Part shown: positions 16,175-24,880 of the stretch, one piece after another
Numbering within the stretch: position 1 is the stretch's first letter
How the letters are laid out: every line of letters begins with the position of its first letter
NCBI GenBank assembly: GCA_039803745.1
Contig: JBDRZD010000007.1
Coordinates: 1-39,893, forward strand
Origin: a candidate division WOR-3 bacterium
GTDB lineage: Bacteria; Hydrothermota; Hydrothermia; Hydrothermales; Hydrothermaceae
DNA length: 39,893 bases
Direction: 5' to 3'
Program-made: the position numbers and the translations under genes
The notes under the pieces: generated by a model
The model's input: only the letters and a program-made list of their open reading frames with translations
What the model was told of the DNA's origin: nothing
The model's database searches: none

Positions 16175-17407
16175 ATGTTTCAGAAAGTAAAATTTTTTAC
16201 ATTTATTTTGATTTGTTTTTTATATATCTCTATTTATAATAAAAAAAATCCACAGGATGAAAAAGTTAAAGATATTCTTTTAAATTATAAAAAAAATGAA
16301 AAGATAAATGTTTTAAGATACGAGTTTCAAAAAAATGATGCCCTTCTTTATGTTTTGCTTTTTAAATTGAATATTTTACCATCAATTACTCACGAAGTAA
16401 TTTCCTCTTTTGAGAAATTATGGAGTCCTAAAAAAATTAAAGAGGGTGATTTGATTGAAATTAGAATTTGTGAGGATATTTTAAAGGAATTTATTTACCT
16501 GCCTAAAGAAAATCCTCTTTTAAAGATATATATTTATAAAGACTCTTCAGGATATAAGGGCAGGGTTGAAAATATACCATATAAAAAAGAATATAGATTT
16601 GTGAAAAAGGAGATAAAGAGTAACCTTTTTGATGCTTTCTCTGATTTGGAAAATGGAGATTATCTTGCAATCTCTTTATCAGAGATTTTTGCATGGGAGA
16701 TAGATTTTAATTCAGAGATAAGACCTAATGATTCTGTTTTATTTTTATATGAAAGTATATTGCCCTTTGAAGGCAAAAGGGAAATTGCTGGAGAGATAAT
16801 TTATGCCAAATTAAAAGGTAAATATTTTGGATTAAAAGAAGTTTTTTTATTTAAAGAGGAAAATGAAAAGGGATATTATACAAGGGAAGGTAAATCAGTT
16901 AAAAAAGGATTTTTAAAATCTCCTTTACCATTTACAAGAATTACTTCAAAATTTTCTTACAGGAGATTGCATCCAATTTTGAAAGTTAGAAGGCCTCATT
17001 ATGGAATAGATTATGGTGCTCCTATTGGAACTCCTGTAAGGGCAATAGGAAGTGGTTATGTGAAATTTGCAGGTTGGAATGGTGGCTATGGAAATTATAT
17101 AAGAATAAAGCATGCAAATGGATATGAGACTGGATATGGGCATCTTCATAAAATTAAAAGTGGAATTTATAAAGGTAAAAAGGTAAAGCAGGGTGAAATA
17201 ATAGGATGGGTTGGGAAAACAGGGCTTGCCACAGGTCCGCATTTACATTTTGAAATTTTAAAAAATGGTGTATTTTTAAATTTTTTGAATATAAAATTCC
17301 CACCTGAGAAGATTTTAACCGGTCAAAAACTTTTAGAGTTTGAGAAGAATATAAAAGAAGTTGAAAAAATTATAAATTACTTTGAAAATAAAAATGAAAT
17401 AAGTTAA
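16175..17407 (+). CDS. M23 peptidoglycan DD-endopeptidase (MepM/Csd3-like)
   Basis: FAWEIDF, RITSKF..RRLHPI, HYGIDYGAPIGTPV, YGHL, GLATGPHLHFE. Confidence 0.93.
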   Translation: MFQKVKFFTFILICFLYISIYNKKNPQDEKVKDILLNYKKNEKINVLRYEFQKNDALLYVLLFKLNILPSITHEVISSFEKLWSPKKIKEGDLIEIRICEDILKEFIYLPKENPLLKIYIYKDSSGYKGRVENIPYKKEYRFVKKEIKSNLFDAFSDLENGDYLAISLSEIFAWEIDFNSEIRPNDSVLFLYESILPFEGKREIAGEIIYAKLKGKYFGLKEVFLFKEENEKGYYTREGKSVKKGFLKSPLPFTRITSKFSYRRLHPILKVRRPHYGIDYGAPIGTPVRAIGSGYVKFAGWNGGYGNYIRIKHANGYETGYGHLHKIKSGIYKGKKVKQGEIIGWVGKTGLATGPHLHFEILKNGVFLNFLNIKFPPEKILTGQKLLEFEKNIKEVEKIINYFENKNEIS

Positions 17408-17416
17408 AATTAAAAT

Positions 17417-18535
17417 ATGCAATTGGGTTATAAATGCTATATGGAAGTGAATTTAAAGAATTTAAGAAAAAATTTAATTGAACTTAAAAAATTTCATAAT
17501 ATTATTCCTGTTTTAAAAAGTAATGGCTATGGGTTGGGACTTAAAGAAGTTGCAAGAACAATTTTAAATGATACCGATTATTTTGCTATTGGAAATATTG
17601 AAGAAGCTTTTGTTTTAAAAGAGATGAATATTAAAAAGGGAATACTTGTTTTAAATCCAATTTTACCAAGAGAGTATAAAGAGGCTATCCAAAATGATTT
17701 TATTTTTCCAGTTGAATCAAAGAGTGCATTGAGAGAAATTTTGAGGATAGGAAGGAATAAAAAAATAAATATTCATGTTGAAGTTGATACAGGGATGGGA
17801 AGATCTGGCATACCTTATTATGAGGCTATAAATTTTATAAGGGGTGTTCTAAATTTGAAGGAAATTAATTTTTTCGGAGTTTATACTCATCTTGCATCTC
17901 CTGAAAAAGACCCTGGTTTTACAAAAGAACAAATTGCTAAATTTTTGAATGTTCTTTCAAATTTTGATGTTTCAAAAATTCCTTTGATTCATGCAGCAAG
18001 CAGTGCAGGTTTTATTTCTTATAGTGAACTTTTAAGAAAACCCTTCAATTTTTCAAGGATAGGAATTTTGCTTTTTGGTGTTATCCCTCAAACACAAAAT
18101 AAAGTTTTAAATTTGAAGATAAATGAAGTTGTAAAAGTTAAAGCAAATATTTTAAGAGTTCAGGAAATTAAAAAGGGCACAAGTATTGGATACGGCACTC
18201 TTTTTAAAGCACAAAGAAAAATGAAGATCGCAACAATTTCCACAGGTTATGGTTGGGGGCTTTTAAGAAAACTTACAAATAAAGGTTATGTTATTATAAA
18301 AGGTAAAAAAGCAAAAATTTTAGGAAGTGTCTGTATGGATTTGATAGTTGCTGATGTGACAAATATACAGGGCGTTAAGCCTGGAGATGAAGTAGTTATT
18401 ATAGGTAAGCAAGGGAATGAGAAGATAGATTTTAATGAGATTGCAGATCTTGCCGAGACAATTCCTTATGAAATATTAACAAATTTTGGAAATGCTTTGA
18501 ATAAAAAATATATTTTTGAGGAGGAGGTAAAATGA
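17417..18535 (+). CDS. alr: Alanine racemase
   Basis: VLKSNGYGLG (PLP Lys), HVEVDTGMGRSG, GVYTHLA, SIGYG, VCMD, ETIPYEIL. Confidence 0.92.
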   Translation: MQLGYKCYMEVNLKNLRKNLIELKKFHNIIPVLKSNGYGLGLKEVARTILNDTDYFAIGNIEEAFVLKEMNIKKGILVLNPILPREYKEAIQNDFIFPVESKSALREILRIGRNKKINIHVEVDTGMGRSGIPYYEAINFIRGVLNLKEINFFGVYTHLASPEKDPGFTKEQIAKFLNVLSNFDVSKIPLIHAASSAGFISYSELLRKPFNFSRIGILLFGVIPQTQNKVLNLKINEVVKVKANILRVQEIKKGTSIGYGTLFKAQRKMKIATISTGYGWGLLRKLTNKGYVIIKGKKAKILGSVCMDLIVADVTNIQGVKPGDEVVIIGKQGNEKIDFNEIADLAETIPYEILTNFGNALNKKYIFEEEVK

Positions 18536-19524
18536 AAAAAATAGCAGGGCTTACCCTCCTTACCTTTCTCCTTTTTGGAGAGGTAAGGGAACATGTGGTT
18601 AAAAAAGGGGATACTCTCTGGGATATTGCAGGATATTATTATAATAATCCCTTTGCATGGGTCGCGATATGGAAAGAAAATATGGACAAAATAAAAGATC
18701 CCCACTGGATTTATCCAGGGCAGGTATTTGTAATTCCTGAAATTCCACCAGAAGAAGCAGCAAAAATTGGTGTACCTTTTTATCCTGTTCCGGAAAGAGT
18801 TCCTGTTCCTGAAGTTACTGTTTTAAAGCCGCCCTTGCCAGCTGTTGCTCCTGATCTTATCCTTTCTGCAGGTTTTGTTGATTTTGTTGAAAATGTAAAA
18901 CCCTTTGCAAAATTAATTGATACAGAACCAAAAGGAATTAAAAATCTTTACTATTATCAAAAAGCCTATATTGATAAAGGTTCCTTAGACGGTGTTAAGG
19001 AAGGGGATTTATTCCTTGTTTATGATATAGGTCCTGGTATAAAAAGTAAAAGAAAAGGAAGTCTTGGAAATTACTTCAAAATACTTGGAAAAATTAAAGT
19101 TTTAAAAGTAAGTGAGAAAGCATCTTGTGTTGAAATTTTACCTTCCTATGATTTGATCCATGTAAATAATTTAATAATGCCAATTTCTTTACCAGAGATT
19201 CCTTATGATGTTAAACTTGTTCCTTCAACAAGAGATATTAAGGCACAGATAGTTTACAGGACACATTCAGAAAATGAAATATTAAAACCCTTTGAAATTG
19301 TCATAATAGATGCAGGCGAGGAGGATGGTGTAAAAATAGGTGATCTATTCGAAATATACAGGGAAAAGGAAATAAAAGGAGTTAAAGCCCCTTATATTTT
19401 CCTTGGAACACTTCAAGTTTTAAATGTTAAAAAGAAATCATCAACATGTTATATAAGGTCTGTTACAAGGGAGGACATTAAAGTAGGGGATTATGTAAGA
19501 CTTGTTGGTGAAATCAGCAAATAA
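18532..19524 (+). CDS. Secreted LysM peptidoglycan-binding protein (TsaP/YgaU-like architecture)
   Basis: HVVKKGDTLWDIA..YY.NP..W..IW..N...IKDPHWIYPGQ; two repeated ID.G..DGVK.GD.F beta domains. Confidence 0.88.
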   Translation: MKKIAGLTLLTFLLFGEVREHVVKKGDTLWDIAGYYYNNPFAWVAIWKENMDKIKDPHWIYPGQVFVIPEIPPEEAAKIGVPFYPVPERVPVPEVTVLKPPLPAVAPDLILSAGFVDFVENVKPFAKLIDTEPKGIKNLYYYQKAYIDKGSLDGVKEGDLFLVYDIGPGIKSKRKGSLGNYFKILGKIKVLKVSEKASCVEILPSYDLIHVNNLIMPISLPEIPYDVKLVPSTRDIKAQIVYRTHSENEILKPFEIVIIDAGEEDGVKIGDLFEIYREKEIKGVKAPYIFLGTLQVLNVKKKSSTCYIRSVTREDIKVGDYVRLVGEISK

Positions 19525-20284
19525 AAAATTAAGAGCATACATAATTTTTGCACCTGGAACAAATTGTGAAGAAGAAACTCAGTATGCTTTATTAAAAACG
19601 GGTTTTGATGCAAAAATTTTTCCATTAAAAGAATCAATAAAAGATTTTAAAAAAATTCATGAATATCATCTATTTGTAATTCCAGGTGGATTCTCTTTTG
19701 GTGATGATATTAAAGCAGGGAAGGTTTTGGCAATATATTTAAAGAAATTTTTATTTGAAGAATTGAAAAAATTTTATGAAGATGGTAAATTAATTCTTGG
19801 GATATGTAATGGATTTCAGGTTCTTGTGAGAGCAGGAATTTTACCATTCTTTGATGGAAAAGAATGGGTTAGTTTAGAATTGAATAAAAAGGGGGTTTTT
19901 GAAGATAGATGGGTATTTTTAAAAAAAGAAAAAAATATACCCTTTACAGAATTTATTGATGAAATTTCACCTATTCCAATTGCCCATGCAGAAGGAAGAT
20001 TTGTGGCACCGAAAGAAATAATTGAAAGAATTGAAAAGGAAAAACTTGTTGTTTTCAGATATTGTGATGAAAAGGGAAATATAGAGGATGAATATCCTGT
20101 AAATCCAAATGGCTCAATAAATAATATTGCTGGAATCTGCGATAAAAATGGAAGGGTTTTAGGACTTATGCCCCATCCGGAAAGGGCATTTGAGGATTAT
20201 CAATTTCCAGAAGGTATATTTTCTAAAAATACAGGTAAAAATTTTTTTAAAGGTATTTTTAAATATTTAAAGAAAATTTTTTGA
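19502..20284 (+). CDS. purQ: Phosphoribosylformylglycinamidine synthase subunit PurQ
   Basis: APGTNCE, IPGGFSFGD, LGICNGFQVL, IAHAEGRF, NPNGS, LGLMPHPER. Exact start (TTG/GTG 19502-19508) is uncertain. Confidence 0.96.
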   Translation: MLVKSANKKLRAYIIFAPGTNCEEETQYALLKTGFDAKIFPLKESIKDFKKIHEYHLFVIPGGFSFGDDIKAGKVLAIYLKKFLFEELKKFYEDGKLILGICNGFQVLVRAGILPFFDGKEWVSLELNKKGVFEDRWVFLKKEKNIPFTEFIDEISPIPIAHAEGRFVAPKEIIERIEKEKLVVFRYCDEKGNIEDEYPVNPNGSINNIAGICDKNGRVLGLMPHPERAFEDYQFPEGIFSKNTGKNFFKGIFKYLKKIF

Positions 20285-21225
20285 AAATTCTTGTAAGATT
20301 CCCAAACTGGCTTGGTGATGCAATCTTTGCAAGGGGATTTTTAAAGGCATTATTAGAAAGATATCCTGATTCAGAAATTCATGTTTTAATAAAGGAAAAT
20401 TTAAAAGAAATTGTTTGGGATTTTAAAAGTTTTACATTTAAAAATAAAAAAGATTTGTTTTTACTTTTATTTAAAATAAAAAAGCAAAGATTTGATATCT
20501 CCTATATTCTTCCCAATTCTTTTTCTTCTGCCTTTTTTACATTTTTATATGGGATAAGAGAAAGAATTGGTTATGAAAATTTTTTAAGGAATGTTTTTTT
20601 AACAAAATCTTTAAAAATTGAAAAAGATTATAAGAAAAAACACATTATAAATTCATATTTAAAATTGATTGGACTTGAATACAATGAGAAGTATAAGCCA
20701 GATTTCCCATTAAAAGATATAAATTTCAAATTAGATTTCAAAAATTATGTTGTTTTTGCTCCATTTGCATCTTTTGGTCCTTCAAAGGAATGGCCAAAAG
20801 AGTATTATATAAAACTTGGTGAAATTTTTGAAAATAACAATTTTAAAGTTATAATTTTGGGAAGTAAAAAAGATGTAAAGAAATTTGAAAAATGGGAAAA
20901 AAAATTTATTGATTTTGTTGGAAAATTGAATTTAATAGAAGTTTCTTATCTAATAAAAAATTCAAAAATCTTTATAGGGAATGATTCAGGGCTTTTCCAT
21001 CTTGCAAATGCCCTTGATATTCCATCAATCGGAATATATGGCTCCTCTTCGCCATTATGGACAGGACCATTAAGCAAGAATTCAATATATATTTATAAAA
21101 ATTTAGAATGCTCACCATGTTTTAAAAGAAAATGCTTCAAAAAAGAAAATAAATATGAATGCCTTTATAAAATAAAACCAGAAGAAGTCTTTGAAATTTC
21201 AAGGGAAAAATTGAGAAAAAAATAG
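20281..21225 (+). CDS. waaF: Lipopolysaccharide heptosyltransferase II (GT9)
   Basis: VRFPNWLGDA, LPNSFSSA, FGPSKEWP, IGNDSGLFHLA, GIYGSS. Confidence 0.88.
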   Translation: MKILVRFPNWLGDAIFARGFLKALLERYPDSEIHVLIKENLKEIVWDFKSFTFKNKKDLFLLLFKIKKQRFDISYILPNSFSSAFFTFLYGIRERIGYENFLRNVFLTKSLKIEKDYKKKHIINSYLKLIGLEYNEKYKPDFPLKDINFKLDFKNYVVFAPFASFGPSKEWPKEYYIKLGEIFENNNFKVIILGSKKDVKKFEKWEKKFIDFVGKLNLIEVSYLIKNSKIFIGNDSGLFHLANALDIPSIGIYGSSSPLWTGPLSKNSIYIYKNLECSPCFKRKCFKKENKYECLYKIKPEEVFEISREKLRKK

Positions 21226-21247
21226 TAAGACCTTTTATAATTTTAAA

Positions 21248-21769
21248 ATGAAACTGTTTCTGCTATTTTTGATTGTTCAAAATCCAATAAATTTTTGGAA
21301 AGAGGAAATAAAAATAGAAATTCAAAATAAAACTTTAAAAGTAAGGGGTATTTATTATTTTAAAAATCTTTCAAATTTTTATACTTCAATAATAATGAGA
21401 TACCCTTTTCCTGTTGATGAATATCATGAATATCCTTTTCATGTAAAGATTAAAGGTTTTGTTTTTAAAAGAGAAGGAAATGATTTGATAATGCCTGTAA
21501 ATTTTAAACCATTTGAAGAGAAAAAAATAGAGGTGGTATATGCTCAAAGGCTTAAAGATAAGAAGGCTAAATACATCCTTACTACTACTCAAAAATGGGG
21601 GAAACCGTTAGAATCTGCTTATTTTGAAATAAAAGTTCCTTTATTTTTTAAAGATGTGAAGATTTCTTATAAGCCTGATAGTGTTAAAATAAAGAAAAAT
21701 TTTAAATTTTTTTATATTCATAGAAAAAATTTTTTACCAAAAGATGACATTTTTATTGACTGGAAGTAA
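21248..21769 (+). CDS. Hypothetical secreted protein (DUF4424-like)
   Basis: Short hydrophobic N-terminus; YYFKN...YPFP...YILTTTQKWGKPLESA resembles DUF4424. Confidence 0.6.
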   Translation: MKLFLLFLIVQNPINFWKEEIKIEIQNKTLKVRGIYYFKNLSNFYTSIIMRYPFPVDEYHEYPFHVKIKGFVFKREGNDLIMPVNFKPFEEKKIEVVYAQRLKDKKAKYILTTTQKWGKPLESAYFEIKVPLFFKDVKISYKPDSVKIKKNFKFFYIHRKNFLPKDDIFIDWK

Positions 21770-21784
21770 TAAAATCTGTATAAT
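21756..21784 (+). promoter_or_regulatory. Near-consensus sigma70 promoter for a leaderless gene
   Basis: TTGACT(21756-21761)-N17-TATAAT(21779-21784)-6 nt-GTG 21791. Confidence 0.75.
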
Positions 21785-21790
21785 TTAATC

Positions 21791-23089
21791 GTGAAAAAGA
21801 AAATTTTAATTTTTATCCTTCTTTATATCTCTATAAGTAAAGCAAATGTTATTCCTGTTGGTATATTTTATGTATATTCCGAGGACCAGGGACAGAATTG
21901 GTCTAACCCTATCCCTCTGCATACGGCAGTTATCTCATCTTATTTTAGGATCTCTTATGTGGCTGATTCACCTAAAGTTTATATACCTTCATTTTTGTGG
22001 GATTCAATAAATGTATGGTATACTTATAACCTAAATTATTTTCAAGTGGTAAATGTTGGAACTTTTTCAGGTGCTGAGCCCTCGGGTGGGGATAGTATAC
22101 CAAGGCTTTCTATAACTTCTTATGATATGGATACAGTTTTTCTTGTGTGGGAGGATAAAATTGATGATACAACTTATTCAATAAAATTCAGTTGTTCATT
22201 TGATTCCTGCATGAATTGGTTTCCTCAAACAATCATTTTTGACTCCCTTAAAAATTCTCCTCAAAGTTTTATCAAATATTATCCTCCTTTTCTTCATGTT
22301 GTATGGAGAAATAAAAATAAAATATATTATTCAAAGTCAGGTGATTATGGACTCACCTGGTCTTCCCCTTATATTATCTCAAAAGATACAATTTCTTTTA
22401 AAAGATATCCTGTAATTGATGCAAAAAGAAATTTTATTGCAGTAGCATGGCAGGATTTTAGAAATGGTGAACCGGGTATATATTATAATTTTTCAACCGA
22501 TACAGGAAACAGTTGGTTTGAAATAGATATTCCGATATGTGAGGACTCTCAAGGATGCTTTTGTCCTGATATTGAGATAGATTCCCCATATGTTTATACA
22601 ATCTGGACATTAGATTTAACAAAAATGGGTTTTGCAAAATCTATTGACTCGGGAATTACATGGATAAAAAGTTTTTTAGATCTTTATTTTTCACCAACGA
22701 TGTTTATATCAATTACTTCAAAAGGTGAAACCATTTATGCAACATCCAGTGGGACTTTCATTTTTCCAAGTATTTCTCAGTTTTTTTATTCTTTTAATGC
22801 AGGGGATGAATGGTTTGAAGGTCCTCCGCCACCTGAGAATGGAGGCTGTATGGAAATATGTATTGATAAAAGTAACATTCTTCATCTTTGTGCCCATCTC
22901 CCTGTGAATATAAAAGAAAAATATTATAAAACATTAATTTTAAATAAAAGAGCATTTTTAAACTTGAAGAGTTTAAAGAATTATCAAATATTTGATATAT
23001 CCGGAGCCAAATTGAGAAAAGGCATTAATTCAAAGGGAATTAAATTTATTAAAGAAAATAAAGGTTATATTAAAATAATAATTTTTTAA
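21791..23089 (+). CDS. Secreted Asp-box (BNR)/sialidase-fold beta-propeller protein with degenerate T9SS-like C-terminal domain
   Basis: Six Asp-box-like motifs: SEDQGQNW, SFDSCMNW, SGDYGLTW, STDTGNSW, SIDSGITW, SFNAGDEW. C-terminal IFDISG..L....KGIKFI. Confidence 0.8.
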   Translation: MKKKILIFILLYISISKANVIPVGIFYVYSEDQGQNWSNPIPLHTAVISSYFRISYVADSPKVYIPSFLWDSINVWYTYNLNYFQVVNVGTFSGAEPSGGDSIPRLSITSYDMDTVFLVWEDKIDDTTYSIKFSCSFDSCMNWFPQTIIFDSLKNSPQSFIKYYPPFLHVVWRNKNKIYYSKSGDYGLTWSSPYIISKDTISFKRYPVIDAKRNFIAVAWQDFRNGEPGIYYNFSTDTGNSWFEIDIPICEDSQGCFCPDIEIDSPYVYTIWTLDLTKMGFAKSIDSGITWIKSFLDLYFSPTMFISITSKGETIYATSSGTFIFPSISQFFYSFNAGDEWFEGPPPPENGGCMEICIDKSNILHLCAHLPVNIKEKYYKTLILNKRAFLNLKSLKNYQIFDISGAKLRKGINSKGIKFIKENKGYIKIIIF

Positions 23090-23721
23090 ACTCCCTTAAA
23101 AATATAATTCTTTGCTTCTATATGTGCAATCCTTATTGGCTCCGGTATTCTATATTTTGAAAAAATTAATGTATATTTTATGCTGTCTTCAAAATCTATA
23201 AGGTTTCCAGGTGAAACAAATACTGGCTTTAAATTATCTTTTGTGCAAACTGCATATCCTATTACTTCTGAGTTGAAAATTACAGGTGAAAAATTCCCTT
23301 TTTTAAGTTCAAATTTTTCATATTCTCCAATGAGTAAATTCTTTGCACATCCAATCGTTGGCTTTTTTAAAAAAAATCCTAAATGGGAGGCAATACCAAA
23401 TTTTCTTGGATGTAAAATTCCATTTCCATCAACAAATATTAAATCAGGCTTTACTTTTAATTTTTTATAAGCACCAATAAGAAATTTTATTTCTCTATAA
23501 GATAAAAAACCGGGAATATAAGGAAAATCTATTTTATCTTTAAAGAATTTTTTTTCAACAATTTCAAATTTTTCATTCATCAATATAAAGGCACCTATTC
23601 CAAAATTTTTATAATAATAAACATCACATCCACCAAAAATTTTTATCTTTTTATTTAATTTTTTGATTTTTAATCTTTTACTTAGATTTTCCTGCTCTTT
23701 TCTTAATTTTTCAAGTTCCAA
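23086..23721 (-). CDS. nfi: Endonuclease V
   Basis: GGCDV, FPYIPGFLSYRE, VDGNGILHPRKFGIASH, PTIGCAK, PVFVSPG, YRIPEP. Confidence 0.96.
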   Translation of the reverse strand: MELEKLRKEQENLSKRLKIKKLNKKIKIFGGCDVYYYKNFGIGAFILMNEKFEIVEKKFFKDKIDFPYIPGFLSYREIKFLIGAYKKLKVKPDLIFVDGNGILHPRKFGIASHLGFFLKKPTIGCAKNLLIGEYEKFELKKGNFSPVIFNSEVIGYAVCTKDNLKPVFVSPGNLIDFEDSIKYTLIFSKYRIPEPIRIAHIEAKNYIFKGV

Positions 23722-24871
23722 TCCCTTTTCTTTTCTCTTTTAATATACTTGAGGCAATTATATTTCTTAAAATTTGATTTGTTCCTTCATAAATCTGCGT
23801 TATCTTTGCATCCCTCATCATCTTCTCAACTGGATAATCTCTCATATATCCATATCCTCCAAATATCTGAACTGCGTTTATCGTTACTTCCATTGCAATA
23901 TCTGATGCAAAACATTTTGCCATTGAACTTTCCTTTGAAAAATCCCCCTCTTTTCTATCAATTGCTCTTGCAACTGCATATGTTAATGCCCTTGCTGATT
24001 CTATTTTAATTGCCATATCTGCAAGCATGTGTTGAATTGCCTGGAACGAAATTATTGGTTGCCCGAATTGTTTTCTTTCCATTGCATATTCAACTGCTGC
24101 ATCAAATGCAGCCTGCGCAATCCCTATTGCCTGTGCAGCAACACCAGGTCTTGCATGGTCAAATGTTTTCATTGCAACAAAAAGTCCCATCCCTTCTTTT
24201 CCAATTAAATTCTCCTTCGGAACTTTAACATTTTCAAATATCACTTCCCTTGTTGCTGATGCCCTTATCCCAAGTTTTTTCTCTTTTTTCCCGAATTTTA
24301 GTCCAGGTGTTCCTTTTTCAACAATAAAAGCACTTGCCCCCCTAATTCCCTTTTTTGGATCTGTTAATGCTATAACCGTATAAATATCTGCCTCCCCTCC
24401 ATTTGTTATAAACTGTTTTAAACCATTTAGGATATAATAATTACCATCCTTTTCTGCTCTTGTCTTTATACTTAAAACATCACTACCTGCCTGTGGCTCT
24501 GTAATACAGAATGCTGCTATTTTCCCACTTGCAATCTGCGGTAAATATTTCCTTTTTTGTTCTTCATTTCCAAAAAGCAGAATAGGGAATGTTCCAAGTC
24601 CTGTTCCTGCATAAGAAAGTGCAATCCCTGCACATCCCCAGGAGAGTTCTTCAACTGCAAGACACATTGCAAATACACCCATTCCAAGCCCTTCATATTC
24701 TGTAGGTATGAATACTCTAAAAAGGTCAGCATCAGCCATTATTTTAACTATTTCCCATGGAAATTCTTCTGTCTCATCAAATTTTGCCCTTACAGGGACA
24801 ATTTTTTCCTTTGCAATTTTCCTTGCAATATCTTTAATCATTTTCTCTTCTTCTGTTAATGGATAAAGCAT
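23711..24871 (-). CDS. Acyl-CoA dehydrogenase (short-chain type)
   Basis: AFCITEPQAGSD, LNGLKQFITNG, ERKQFGQPI, QIFGGYGY.RDYPVE, IYEGTNQI. Confidence 0.96.
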   Translation of the reverse strand: MLYPLTEEEKMIKDIARKIAKEKIVPVRAKFDETEEFPWEIVKIMADADLFRVFIPTEYEGLGMGVFAMCLAVEELSWGCAGIALSYAGTGLGTFPILLFGNEEQKRKYLPQIASGKIAAFCITEPQAGSDVLSIKTRAEKDGNYYILNGLKQFITNGGEADIYTVIALTDPKKGIRGASAFIVEKGTPGLKFGKKEKKLGIRASATREVIFENVKVPKENLIGKEGMGLFVAMKTFDHARPGVAAQAIGIAQAAFDAAVEYAMERKQFGQPIISFQAIQHMLADMAIKIESARALTYAVARAIDRKEGDFSKESSMAKCFASDIAMEVTINAVQIFGGYGYMRDYPVEKMMRDAKITQIYEGTNQILRNIIASSILKEKRKGIGT

Positions 24872-24880
24872 TTTACCTCC

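Noticed and set aside
13635..18705. Short alternative-frame and antisense ORFs within the 13.4-18.7 kb genes
   Set aside because: Fully nested in better-supported CDSs; no recognisable features.
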